The notes under the pieces are model-generated. The model ran no database searches. It was not told the DNA's origin and saw only the letters and a program-made list of their open reading frames with translations. From positions 32,001 to 96,000 of IMG/VR virus record IMGVR_UViG_3300013006_000023: 64,000 bases of DNA; one strand, written 5' to 3'. The stretch is from a virus. How positions within the stretch are numbered: position 1 is the stretch's first letter; every line of letters starts with the position of its first letter. Below are positions 26,315 to 35,035 of the stretch, in pieces. Both the position numbers and the translations under genes were made by a program.

Positions 26315-26935
26315 TTATTTTAAACCAGCAAGGTATGATCCGACTTTTGATGTCTTTGAATCAACTTTGTTGCTTTTGCCTGTGAAAGCATTAGCACCTT
26401 TGACTCCAGCACCAACTAAAGCATGGCCTTTTTCACCATCATTGCCAACTTTATCAGTAACCTTGGCATCACCTGCACCACTTGAAGTTAGTGACTTTGT
26501 AACATCACCAACTTTGTTGTCTTTCTTCTGTAGTCCTTGACCAGCAGAAGCAGGAAGTTCCTTGAGCTCTGTAGCTTCCTTTGCAACACCTTCATTATCT
26601 TCATCTTCTTTATGCTCATCTTTCTTCATCTTTGCCTTTGCTTCGGCATCTTCTGAAGGAGCAAATTGTTCATCTTCACTTGCATCACCCTCTTCACCGC
26701 CCATTCCCTCTTCATCGCCAGCTTCCTCTTCAGTGTCAAGAACAGCTTTTAGTGCATCACACAATTTGTGTGCAATGTCACGAGGCAGTGTAAAACTTAC
26801 TTCACCTTCTTCACCTGAATCATTACCTGAATCAACTGAAGGCAGGCCAAGGGCTGCAGCATCAACTGCTTCAGTGTCTTGGGCCTGATCGGACATTACA
26901 TCCTCATACAATTTGTCAAAAATAGATTTGCTCAT
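26315..26935 (-). CDS. Nested in-frame short isoform (206 aa, MSKSIFDKLYE...)
   Basis: Internal TAAATA (26941-26946, -) 5 nt before in-frame ATG 26935. Confidence 0.55.
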   Translation of the reverse strand: MSKSIFDKLYEDVMSDQAQDTEAVDAAALGLPSVDSGNDSGEEGEVSFTLPRDIAHKLCDALKAVLDTEEEAGDEEGMGGEEGDASEDEQFAPSEDAEAKAKMKKDEHKEDEDNEGVAKEATELKELPASAGQGLQKKDNKVGDVTKSLTSSGAGDAKVTDKVGNDGEKGHALVGAGVKGANAFTGKSNKVDSKTSKVGSYLAGLK

Positions 26936-27232
26936 AAAATTATTTATTGTTTTAACTTCAGTTTTTTCATAATTTTGTGAGAATTTTTCTGGTTGATAGA
27001 AATTTTCTTTTTTACTTGCTACCTTTGTATCAATTAAATTGTCTCTAAACCCGTCAGCATTCTCTGGACCAGTGTTCTTAACAAAAGCATTCTTGTCAGC
27101 TTCTGCCTCCGAGGGCTCTTTCTTATCCACCATCTTGAAAGTGCCCTTGGGTGGAAACATTGACTTCTTTTCTTCTATAATCTTATTTTCATAGAAGTTA
27201 CCCATTTCTATTAGTGTTCTTGTCTGGTTCAT
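26315..27232 (-). CDS. Acidic low-complexity late protein, candidate prohead core/scaffold or internal protein
   Basis: 305 aa, E/D-rich; TAAATA (27239-27244, -) 6 nt upstream; own terminator. Confidence 0.7.
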   Translation of the reverse strand: MNQTRTLIEMGNFYENKIIEEKKSMFPPKGTFKMVDKKEPSEAEADKNAFVKNTGPENADGFRDNLIDTKVASKKENFYQPEKFSQNYEKTEVKTINNFMSKSIFDKLYEDVMSDQAQDTEAVDAAALGLPSVDSGNDSGEEGEVSFTLPRDIAHKLCDALKAVLDTEEEAGDEEGMGGEEGDASEDEQFAPSEDAEAKAKMKKDEHKEDEDNEGVAKEATELKELPASAGQGLQKKDNKVGDVTKSLTSSGAGDAKVTDKVGNDGEKGHALVGAGVKGANAFTGKSNKVDSKTSKVGSYLAGLK

Positions 27233-27252
27233 ATTAAGTATTTAATGTATCT

Positions 27253-28959
27253 ATGCCAAAAAAACCAGATTCCAAGTTTTATTTAGGTAATCAAAATCTA
27301 CCTACGTCTGAAACAGTATTTGATTATGAAGCACACCCTGAATGGGTGGAAGACATAGCCAAATCAAGAAAGAACATACTTTTCTTTGCAGAAAACTTTT
27401 TCTTCATTACCAACCTGGACGAGGGAAAGATGAAGATCAAGCTTCACAGCTATCAAAGGCGAATCTTGAGAAGTCTAAGGGATAATAGATTTGTTTGTCT
27501 GTTGGCATCAAGACAAGTAGGAAAAACAACTCTCATGACCATATATGCTTTGTGGATTGCCTGCTTTTTTGAAGATCAACGTATTTTAGTGGTCGCCAAC
27601 AAAGAGCAAACTGCAATTAACATTTTTAAGAGGATACGGTTAGCTTATGAAAAACTACCTAACTACCTCAAACCAGGCACTGTAGAATATGGGAAAACAT
27701 CCATGTCACTGGGCAATGGCAGTAGCATAGGCATTTCCACAACCAGCAGTGATGCAGGCAGAGGTGACAGTTGCAACGTTCTTATTTTGGACGAGCTAGC
27801 GTTTATTGACAATCATCTTGTGGAACAATTCTGGAGCTCAGTCTATCCAATTATCTCATCATCTAAGAAGTCCAAAATATTTGTTGCTTCAACACCAAAT
27901 GGTACAGGCAATCTCTTTCATGAATTATATACAGGAGCAATAGAACGTAAAAATGACTGGCATGCAGAAAAAGTCGATTGGTGGGAATTTCCGGGAAGAG
28001 ATGAAGCATGGAAAGAAAATACAATACGCACCTTAGGTAGCAGGGATGTATTTGATCAAGAGTTTGGAAATGTTTTCTTACAAACTGGTGAAAGTGCTCT
28101 GGACGAAAAACTTTTTGAAGAAATGAAAAGTGAATGCACTGAACCAAAATTTGTTTTTGAAGATGGAAAATATCAATTATGGGATGAACCTAACAAAGAA
28201 AAAATTTATGTCGTTGGCGTGGACATAAGTGAAGGTGTGGGTGAAGCTGCAAGTGTCATACAAATCTTGGACATTACTAACTTAAGACAGATTGAACAGG
28301 TAGCTGTGTATCACAATCGAACTATAAGCCCTTATAACTTCACAACAAAATTATTTGAAATCCTACAACATTGGGGCTCACCGCTTGCCATGATTGAAAG
28401 AAACAATTGTGGCGCACAAGTAGTTGATCAACTTAAAAATACGCACCTATATGAGAATATTGTTTCATATGGTCCCAAGATTGGTGGCACTAGTTTTAAT
28501 AAACCAGGTGTACTGGCTCATACTAATTCAAAGTATAAAGGTGTAATGAACATGAGGTATTGGATTAATGAATTAAAATCTGTAAAAATTAAAGATGTAA
28601 AAACACTAAAAGAATTAAAAGCTTTTATTCGGTATCCTAATGGTACGTGGAGTGCTAAACCTGGAATGGATAATTGGGATGATCGTGTAATGAGCTTAAT
28701 ATGGGCATTAATGATCTTAGAAAATGATTTGGTTGAAAAATTTTTTGATGTTAGTGAATTTGATTCAAATAAAAAACCACTAACAATTAAATCGCTTGAC
28801 TACGGAATAAAATATTTTATTAATCCAACTTCAATATACAGTAATGAAAAGGATGCATCCATGGGCTCCACAACACCTATTGTGTTTTCACAAGCTGATC
28901 AAGAAGAGCTTGAAGGCTTAAAAGAATTGGAGTCACAGGGGTGGTCTAGATTAAGTTAA
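27253..28959 (+). CDS. gp17: Terminase large subunit gp17
   Basis: LHSYQ, ASRQVGKT, LILDELAF, ASTPNG, FDQEF, GVDISEG, ERNN, WDDRVMSL. Confidence 0.96.
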   Translation: MPKKPDSKFYLGNQNLPTSETVFDYEAHPEWVEDIAKSRKNILFFAENFFFITNLDEGKMKIKLHSYQRRILRSLRDNRFVCLLASRQVGKTTLMTIYALWIACFFEDQRILVVANKEQTAINIFKRIRLAYEKLPNYLKPGTVEYGKTSMSLGNGSSIGISTTSSDAGRGDSCNVLILDELAFIDNHLVEQFWSSVYPIISSSKKSKIFVASTPNGTGNLFHELYTGAIERKNDWHAEKVDWWEFPGRDEAWKENTIRTLGSRDVFDQEFGNVFLQTGESALDEKLFEEMKSECTEPKFVFEDGKYQLWDEPNKEKIYVVGVDISEGVGEAASVIQILDITNLRQIEQVAVYHNRTISPYNFTTKLFEILQHWGSPLAMIERNNCGAQVVDQLKNTHLYENIVSYGPKIGGTSFNKPGVLAHTNSKYKGVMNMRYWINELKSVKIKDVKTLKELKAFIRYPNGTWSAKPGMDNWDDRVMSLIWALMILENDLVEKFFDVSEFDSNKKPLTIKSLDYGIKYFINPTSIYSNEKDASMGSTTPIVFSQADQEELEGLKELESQGWSRLS

Positions 28960-28962
28960 TAT

Positions 28963-29565
28963 ATGGCAAACCTAGTTCCATATTCACAAAGTATTTTTAA
29001 TAAAAGCAGAAAAGATAAATTTTTGCTCATATTGAACCTGCCCAAAGGATTAAAAGGCATTGATCGAAAAATTAATCGCAGTGATGCAACTATCAAAGAA
29101 GACTCTCTTCAATTTTCAGTCTATGGCAGCATTGTGCCCAACATTGAAATACCTGCAATACCCTTAAAGTATGCAGGCCAAACCTTACACACATCTTCTC
29201 TGACCAGACCGCCCTATCCACCTCTTACTATAAACTTTACCGTTGACAACAGGTTCAACAATTATTGGGTAATTTACAAGTGGCTAAACATATTGAATGA
29301 CAGTAAAACAGGCATATATGATGGTACCGATATCATGGCAAATAACAATAAATCCATTAATCTTGAATATGCATCTAACTTGTCAATCTTCTCTTTGGAT
29401 GAATATGACAAAAGAGTTATTGAGTTTGTATACACAAACGCGTTTCCAACCAGCTTAGCAGGCATTGATTACAACAATAGAGATGCAGGCGAAATAGAAA
29501 CATCAGCTACATTCAATTATTCACAATTTCATGCTACTTTGGTGGAGAGTGTAGATAGTTTGTAA
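28963..29565 (+). CDS. gp3: Tail tube terminator / tail completion protein gp3-like
   Basis: LTINFTVDNRFNNYWVIYKW...FVYTNAFPTSLAGIDY...SATFNY tube fold. Confidence 0.7.
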   Translation: MANLVPYSQSIFNKSRKDKFLLILNLPKGLKGIDRKINRSDATIKEDSLQFSVYGSIVPNIEIPAIPLKYAGQTLHTSSLTRPPYPPLTINFTVDNRFNNYWVIYKWLNILNDSKTGIYDGTDIMANNNKSINLEYASNLSIFSLDEYDKRVIEFVYTNAFPTSLAGIDYNNRDAGEIETSATFNYSQFHATLVESVDSL

Positions 29566-29594
29566 AAAACTAAAAAGTTTTATCCAAAAAACAA

Positions 29595-29600
29595 TAAATA
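29595..29600 (+). promoter_or_regulatory. Late promoter TAAATA (sheath)
   Basis: 6 nt before ATG 29607. Confidence 0.65.
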
Positions 29601-29606
29601 ATTTAT

Positions 29607-31904
29607 ATGGCACGCACAATTCAAAGTCCCGGTGTACAGATAACTGAGCAAGATTTTACAATAAGAAACGTTGGCGCACAACCCACAGTGGTATTTATTC
29701 CAGGGTTTGCAGCTAAAGGTCCTTCTTCAGAACCCATCAGTGTAACATCTGTTTCTGAGTTTGAGCAGATATACGGCCAACCCAGCAATGCTGCAGAGAG
29801 ATATTTCTACCACACAACAAAAGCTATATTACAGTCACCGGCAAGCGTAATTGTTTATAGATTACCATATGGTAATGGTGCAGGTTTTGATGTGAGTACA
29901 GAATATAGTGCTCTTGTTTATCCAGTGGTCTCATATGTGGATGGAGTATCTTCAACTGCAATTGATCGCAATGATTCAGTATATTTCTTTGGCAAGCCAA
30001 CCCATCTCAAACTCTCTCAACCTGAGTATCTTTCCATTTTAAGAGGAGATGGGTTCACATGGTCAAACAATACCAGTGGAGCAACCGCCTTCAGCAATGT
30101 TGCATCTCTCAAAGATGCGGGTCTTATACTTCTCAATAAAGCACAAACCACAATCAACACCCGTTATGAGGGAACATATGTGGGTATTATTGATAATACC
30201 AATCTCAATCCCGCCACCCCATATAATGACATAAATTCAGTTTTATCCATTAACAGCGATGCACAAGCAATAGGTGGTGGCGATTATGTAAATGTACCCT
30301 CAACTCGTTTGAACTTTGGTTTGAGCGCTGCTGCTGGCACTGGGGGCGGCAATAACTTAACAATTTCAGAAATTTTAGAAAACATACCCTCATATGACAT
30401 TTCATCAAGTAAATTTGATGATACAGTTTCAGTGGGTGTCTTCAAACTTGTACAATCATCCAGCTCACCTGATGTAATTGCTCTTGATTATATTCTCAAG
30501 GATGGCTTCACAGCTTCATTTGATTATAACCGTCAAATCGCTTCACAAAATGGTGGGCCTGCAATAAGCAATTTCCTTGAGCAAGTAGATAACAATTCTA
30601 CAAACATTATCTCAATAGTTAACCCATTCATTTCTAATAAAAACAAGCCCACATGGCTTGATTCTACCGGTTTACCAACAAAGAAAGTTCGTTTTCTCAG
30701 TCAAGGCATGTCGGAATATTTGAATGGCGAATCATCTCAGGACTACATCAACAGAATTGGCGCGCCAATTGGACAAGTTCGCGGGTTTCTAAATCTGTTA
30801 GGTGAGACCAACAATTTGGTTGCCCTGGGTGATTATGATAACCAGGATTTAACCACAAAGCTTATTGGCAATGTGCCAACCAAGCTTGATTATGCTTTTG
30901 ATAAAATCAACAATGTTGATCTTTATCCTGTCAATCTCACAACAGAAGCTGGCTTAGGCACAGTGTACCTCAACTCCTTTAACCCTGCAACTTCAGGATA
31001 CTTTGATGACACAGTCCCATATGATAGCGCAGTGCAGTCGCTAACAGCACAAACAGGACCAGCACCTTTTGCGACTTCAAGATACATGGAAGTTGCAACA
31101 TCATTTTTAAACTTTACTAATGTGCGCAAGGATCATCTGTTCATTGCTGATCCCATTACAAACATATTTGTGCAAGGTTCAAACATCAAAACCCTTGATC
31201 TTGCAACCAACTCATTCAATAACAACATCTACTGGCCATTAAAGAATCAATTTGCTGGTATTAATACAAGTTATGCATGCACATTCGCCAATTGCGCACG
31301 TGTTTCAGATGTTACAACAAATCAAGATGTGTGGGTTCCATTCTCTGGCTTTGCTGCAGCTGCAATGGCAAATACTGACTCTAACTTCCAACCATGGTTT
31401 GCACCAGCAGGATTTAAACGCGGTGTACTAACAGGTGTTGTTGATATTGCTCTCTATCCTAAGCAGAAACAACGCGACTTACTATATCGTATTAGCTTGA
31501 ACCCAGTAACCTTCTTCCCTGCAGAAGGATACGTTATATTTGGTCAAAAGACACTTCAGAAAATACCAAGTGCATTTGATAGAATTAATGTTCGTAGGTT
31601 GTTCTTGAGTCTGGAGACTGCAACTCGCGATACAGTAAAATACTTCGTATTCGAGCCTAATACACTCTTTACAAGAACACAAATATTAAATTCAATTTCA
31701 CCTATTTTTGATAACGCAAAAAATACACAAGGTGTTTACGATTATTTGATAATCTGCGACGAACGAAACAATACAACCAATGTTATTGATGACAATACAA
31801 TTGTAATTGATATCTATATTAAACCAGTACGAAGTGCAGAGTACATTCTTTGCAATTTTTACGCAACCAGAACAGGAACCAGCTTCCAAGAGATAGTTTC
31901 CTAA
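29607..31904 (+). CDS. gp18: Tail sheath protein gp18
   Basis: SPGVQITEQD, PWFAPAGFKRG, FGQKTL, AFDRINVRRLF, FVFEPN, ICDERNNT, IYIKPVRSAEYI. Confidence 0.96.
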   Translation: MARTIQSPGVQITEQDFTIRNVGAQPTVVFIPGFAAKGPSSEPISVTSVSEFEQIYGQPSNAAERYFYHTTKAILQSPASVIVYRLPYGNGAGFDVSTEYSALVYPVVSYVDGVSSTAIDRNDSVYFFGKPTHLKLSQPEYLSILRGDGFTWSNNTSGATAFSNVASLKDAGLILLNKAQTTINTRYEGTYVGIIDNTNLNPATPYNDINSVLSINSDAQAIGGGDYVNVPSTRLNFGLSAAAGTGGGNNLTISEILENIPSYDISSSKFDDTVSVGVFKLVQSSSSPDVIALDYILKDGFTASFDYNRQIASQNGGPAISNFLEQVDNNSTNIISIVNPFISNKNKPTWLDSTGLPTKKVRFLSQGMSEYLNGESSQDYINRIGAPIGQVRGFLNLLGETNNLVALGDYDNQDLTTKLIGNVPTKLDYAFDKINNVDLYPVNLTTEAGLGTVYLNSFNPATSGYFDDTVPYDSAVQSLTAQTGPAPFATSRYMEVATSFLNFTNVRKDHLFIADPITNIFVQGSNIKTLDLATNSFNNNIYWPLKNQFAGINTSYACTFANCARVSDVTTNQDVWVPFSGFAAAAMANTDSNFQPWFAPAGFKRGVLTGVVDIALYPKQKQRDLLYRISLNPVTFFPAEGYVIFGQKTLQKIPSAFDRINVRRLFLSLETATRDTVKYFVFEPNTLFTRTQILNSISPIFDNAKNTQGVYDYLIICDERNNTTNVIDDNTIVIDIYIKPVRSAEYILCNFYATRTGTSFQEIVS

Positions 31905-31910
31905 TAAATA
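31905..31910 (+). promoter_or_regulatory. Late promoter TAAATA (tube)
   Basis: 6 nt before ATG 31917. Confidence 0.65.
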
Positions 31911-31916
31911 TTTTAT

Positions 31917-32465
31917 ATGGCAGACGTAAATCAACTCATTACTGACTTCTACAGAATAGCAACATCACGCGAATTTGCACGTGATTTTAACTTCAGAGTG
32001 CTCTCAATTAACACAGGTGGAGCCAGTACAGTAACATTTGATGACAGTGATTTAGTATATGTCAAGACAGCATCATTACCCGGTCGCGAGATAACAAACA
32101 TTCCAATTCCTTACATGGGATTAAATTTTAATATCCCAGGAAATGCTGTGTATCCTGAATCTAATGCATACAGTCTTACTTTCTATGCTGATTCAAAATC
32201 ACAGATAAGACAAAAATTCGAACAATGGTCAACAGATATTTTTGATGATAGCAATTCAACTGGTAATTATTTTGCACCAAAACAGACAGCTATCATAGAT
32301 TTACTTCAGCTTGATAATCAAATGAACAAAGTGGCACAATATCAATTGGTTGGTGTTTCAGTAAGAAGCGTTGGCCCTTTAACATATAATATTGCTACTG
32401 GTACTGGCGAAACAATCGAATTCACAGCAACTGTTTCCTACCATTACTGGAGAAAACTCAGCTAA
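31917..32465 (+). CDS. gp19: Tail tube protein gp19
   Basis: VKTASLPG...IPYMG...IRQKFEQW...IEFTATVSYHYW; follows sheath. Confidence 0.88.
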   Translation: MADVNQLITDFYRIATSREFARDFNFRVLSINTGGASTVTFDDSDLVYVKTASLPGREITNIPIPYMGLNFNIPGNAVYPESNAYSLTFYADSKSQIRQKFEQWSTDIFDDSNSTGNYFAPKQTAIIDLLQLDNQMNKVAQYQLVGVSVRSVGPLTYNIATGTGETIEFTATVSYHYWRKLS

Positions 32466-32480
32466 CTTTAATTTTTTTCT

Positions 32481-32486
32481 TAAATA
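32481..32486 (+). promoter_or_regulatory. Late promoter TAAATA
   Basis: 5 nt before GTG 32492. Confidence 0.6.
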
Positions 32487-32491
32487 TTTAA

Positions 32492-33400
32492 GTGAATAAT
32501 CCATTCACTGATGCTTTAAATGGACTAGGTCAGAATTTCTCTGGCTTAGCAACAGGTCAAAACCCATTATTTGCTCCACAAGTTACCAATTTATTCGGTT
32601 TTAATATACCTGGCGTACCCATTGTTAGTGTAAGAGATTATTTCTTATTTCAAATGGAATCGTGGTTCACTTCCATTCCAAATTCCTCTCAATGGTGCGT
32701 AGTAATCGATAATTATCCACAAGGTTTAAGAACTAACTTAATACAAGGATTGGAACGCACAGATGGCAGTAAAAAAGGTTTTGACATTGATACTGCAAAA
32801 ACAATTCTTGCGAGCTACCCATTGCAAAAAGTAATTGGGTGCTTATTTGCCCACGCCATAACCATACCCACTGAGCAATTTGATGTGCTAACTACTTCTG
32901 TACAGAACAACAGAGGTTTTTTGCCTGGTGTTTTGGGTGGTGGCAGATCAACTGAAGCACCAACACTAGTCATTAACTTCAGAGAAACAAACACATCATT
33001 CATAGATTTTGTTATCAGACCATGGGTCATACTGGCATCACATTATGGTTTGGCAGCACGACCAGGTGATACCGGAGTTAGAAAGGATCTTAGAAACATG
33101 AAAGTTAATATGACATTGCTTGAATACACTCGAACTTATCATAGCATTTCCATGATCCCTAGAAAAGTGTTTCACTTCTATAATTGTGTGCCATATCAAA
33201 TATCTGAACAAGACTTAGACTACGAAAATGACAAATTAACAACATATTCCACAAGGTGGACATATTCAAATTATACAGTGGAGAACAATTTGTATCTGCC
33301 TATTGCTGACATAGTAAACAGAATTTCAAACGGCGAAATTCCAAGAATTAGCAGCTTTCAAAATGGCATTGGTAGTATTAATCCGCTAGGGTTCTTGTAA
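32492..33400 (+). CDS. Tube-fold baseplate/tail-tube initiator (gp54-like)
   Basis: AITIPTE...LVINFRETN...VIRPW...FYNCVPYQI...LDY...TRWTYSNY. Confidence 0.6.
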   Translation: MNNPFTDALNGLGQNFSGLATGQNPLFAPQVTNLFGFNIPGVPIVSVRDYFLFQMESWFTSIPNSSQWCVVIDNYPQGLRTNLIQGLERTDGSKKGFDIDTAKTILASYPLQKVIGCLFAHAITIPTEQFDVLTTSVQNNRGFLPGVLGGGRSTEAPTLVINFRETNTSFIDFVIRPWVILASHYGLAARPGDTGVRKDLRNMKVNMTLLEYTRTYHSISMIPRKVFHFYNCVPYQISEQDLDYENDKLTTYSTRWTYSNYTVENNLYLPIADIVNRISNGEIPRISSFQNGIGSINPLGFL

Positions 33401-33403
33401 ATA
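33398..33403 (+). promoter_or_regulatory. Late promoter TAAATA
   Basis: 5 nt before GTG 33409. Confidence 0.6.
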
Positions 33404-33408
33404 ATTTA

Positions 33409-34242
33409 GTGAATTTTTTATACTCTTGTTACCTACCATTTGCAAAGAAAAATACTCTAATAAAAGAGCTTTCTTTTAATTCATATAAAAATTTAGTAAA
33501 AAATATTACCAACAACAACAACAAATCAATTGATATATTACTAGAAGATATCTTAAAAACACATGTAGTTGATTTACCTTCATGCAATTTCCTAGAAAAA
33601 ATTATAATTCTACTCACAATTAGAGCAGTGTGTGTATCTGATAAGCTAGAACTCTCATTAGGTAGCAAAAACTTCAAACAAGATATTAATATTATAGATT
33701 TTATCAAAAAGATTGAAGATATTAATCTTGATAATTTTTATAACAAAAAGATATCTTTAAATGATAACATAGATGTCACATTAAAAATACCCAATCAACT
33801 CTACTATGAAGATGAATATATTAGCTTCATAGAGACTGTATTGTTAAATGGTAGTGAATATCCGGTTACAGAGGAAATCTTAAACAATTTACCAGCAAAT
33901 GTTTTTTTAGAAATAAATGAATTTAAAAGAGATCTTGAAGCTCAACTTTCTAAAGTTTGTTTGTTTAAGATTAAAAACCCTGCCGATTTGTCTGAAAATA
34001 TAGAAATATTTCTTTCTGCCAATGTGCAGAGTATTTTTGACTTTCTTAAATTTATTTTTAAGAGAGATTTACTTTCATTCTATGAAATTGAATTCTTTCT
34101 GTTTTCAAAGATGAACATGTCGTTAGAGGATTTAGACAGAATAACGCCTGCTGAAATCGATATTTATATAAACTTGTTTAAGAAAGACTTAGAAGATAGG
34201 AATAAGCAGACTAAATCTCCTGTGGATATACCTAACTCTTAA
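33409..34242 (+). CDS. Baseplate hub assembly protein: gp26-like domain fused to a gp51-like C-terminus
   Basis: LLTIRAVCVSDKLEL, VTLKIP; C-terminal YEIEFFLFSKMNMSLEDLDRITPAEIDIYINL. Confidence 0.6.
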   Translation: MNFLYSCYLPFAKKNTLIKELSFNSYKNLVKNITNNNNKSIDILLEDILKTHVVDLPSCNFLEKIIILLTIRAVCVSDKLELSLGSKNFKQDINIIDFIKKIEDINLDNFYNKKISLNDNIDVTLKIPNQLYYEDEYISFIETVLLNGSEYPVTEEILNNLPANVFLEINEFKRDLEAQLSKVCLFKIKNPADLSENIEIFLSANVQSIFDFLKFIFKRDLLSFYEIEFFLFSKMNMSLEDLDRITPAEIDIYINLFKKDLEDRNKQTKSPVDIPNS

Positions 34243-34256
34243 ACTAATTATTATAA

Positions 34257-35012
34257 ATGAGTAATACCTCAGAAATCATATCGCAATTAGATATTCTAAA
34301 CAGAGACAATTTTATACCCATTTACGTACCGTCTCTTAAAAAAGAAATACGCTTCAAAGCATTAAATTTAAAGCAGCAAAAAAATCTTTTAAAATCGTCC
34401 ATAGATGAAACACTCACAAAACTTTCTTTTATTATAAACTTTCATGGCATATTGAGCGAAAATGTTCTTGACAGCATTGATATTAATGATCTCTATACAT
34501 TTGATAGGCAAGCCATAGCAATCGCATTAAGAGCTAAATGCTTAGATGCAACATATAAATTTGAAGACCGCGATCTCAATTTAAATACTCTTATCTCTAC
34601 ATTTCCACAAGCTACTTATGATTTCGCGTTTGATAAAGATATTGTTTTCAGCAATTTTTGTGTGTCGCTTCAAGCCCCGAAATTAGGTTTTGAAAAAGAA
34701 ATGAGCCAATTTAGCCTTCATAAATTACGTACCACTGCCGATAAAGACTTTAAGAGTGTCATTGGTGAGCTATTTGTTTACGAATTAATAAAATTTGTAA
34801 AAACCATTAAAATTACTAAAGAAGATAAAACCTTTGAGTATAATACGCAAAACCAGAAAATAGATGATATTGTTCAGATTGTTGAAAAACTACCCTCACA
34901 AATTAATAATCAAATTCTGGATTTTATTAAGTCTTACAGAGATATTGAAAAATATTATGCTTTTCTGGATAATGTTGCCATAGAAGTTGACGGTGCATTC
35001 TTTACTATCTAA
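34257..35012 (+). CDS. gp26: Baseplate hub assembly protein gp26-like
   Basis: YVPSLKKEIRFKALNLKQQKNLL, DLYTFDRQAIAIALRAK, VEKLP, final GAFFTI. Confidence 0.65.
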   Translation: MSNTSEIISQLDILNRDNFIPIYVPSLKKEIRFKALNLKQQKNLLKSSIDETLTKLSFIINFHGILSENVLDSIDINDLYTFDRQAIAIALRAKCLDATYKFEDRDLNLNTLISTFPQATYDFAFDKDIVFSNFCVSLQAPKLGFEKEMSQFSLHKLRTTADKDFKSVIGELFVYELIKFVKTIKITKEDKTFEYNTQNQKIDDIVQIVEKLPSQINNQILDFIKSYRDIEKYYAFLDNVAIEVDGAFFTI

Positions 35013-35023
35013 GTATTTTTTCA

Positions 35024-35029
35024 TAAATA
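35024..35029 (+). promoter_or_regulatory. Late promoter TAAATA
   Basis: 6 nt before ATG 35036. Confidence 0.6.
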
Positions 35030-35035
35030 TTTAGT

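Noticed and set aside
7920-28959. Inteins or introns in gp43, UvsX, gp41, gp61 or gp17
   Set aside because: Normal lengths and motif spacing; no splice motifs or embedded endonuclease
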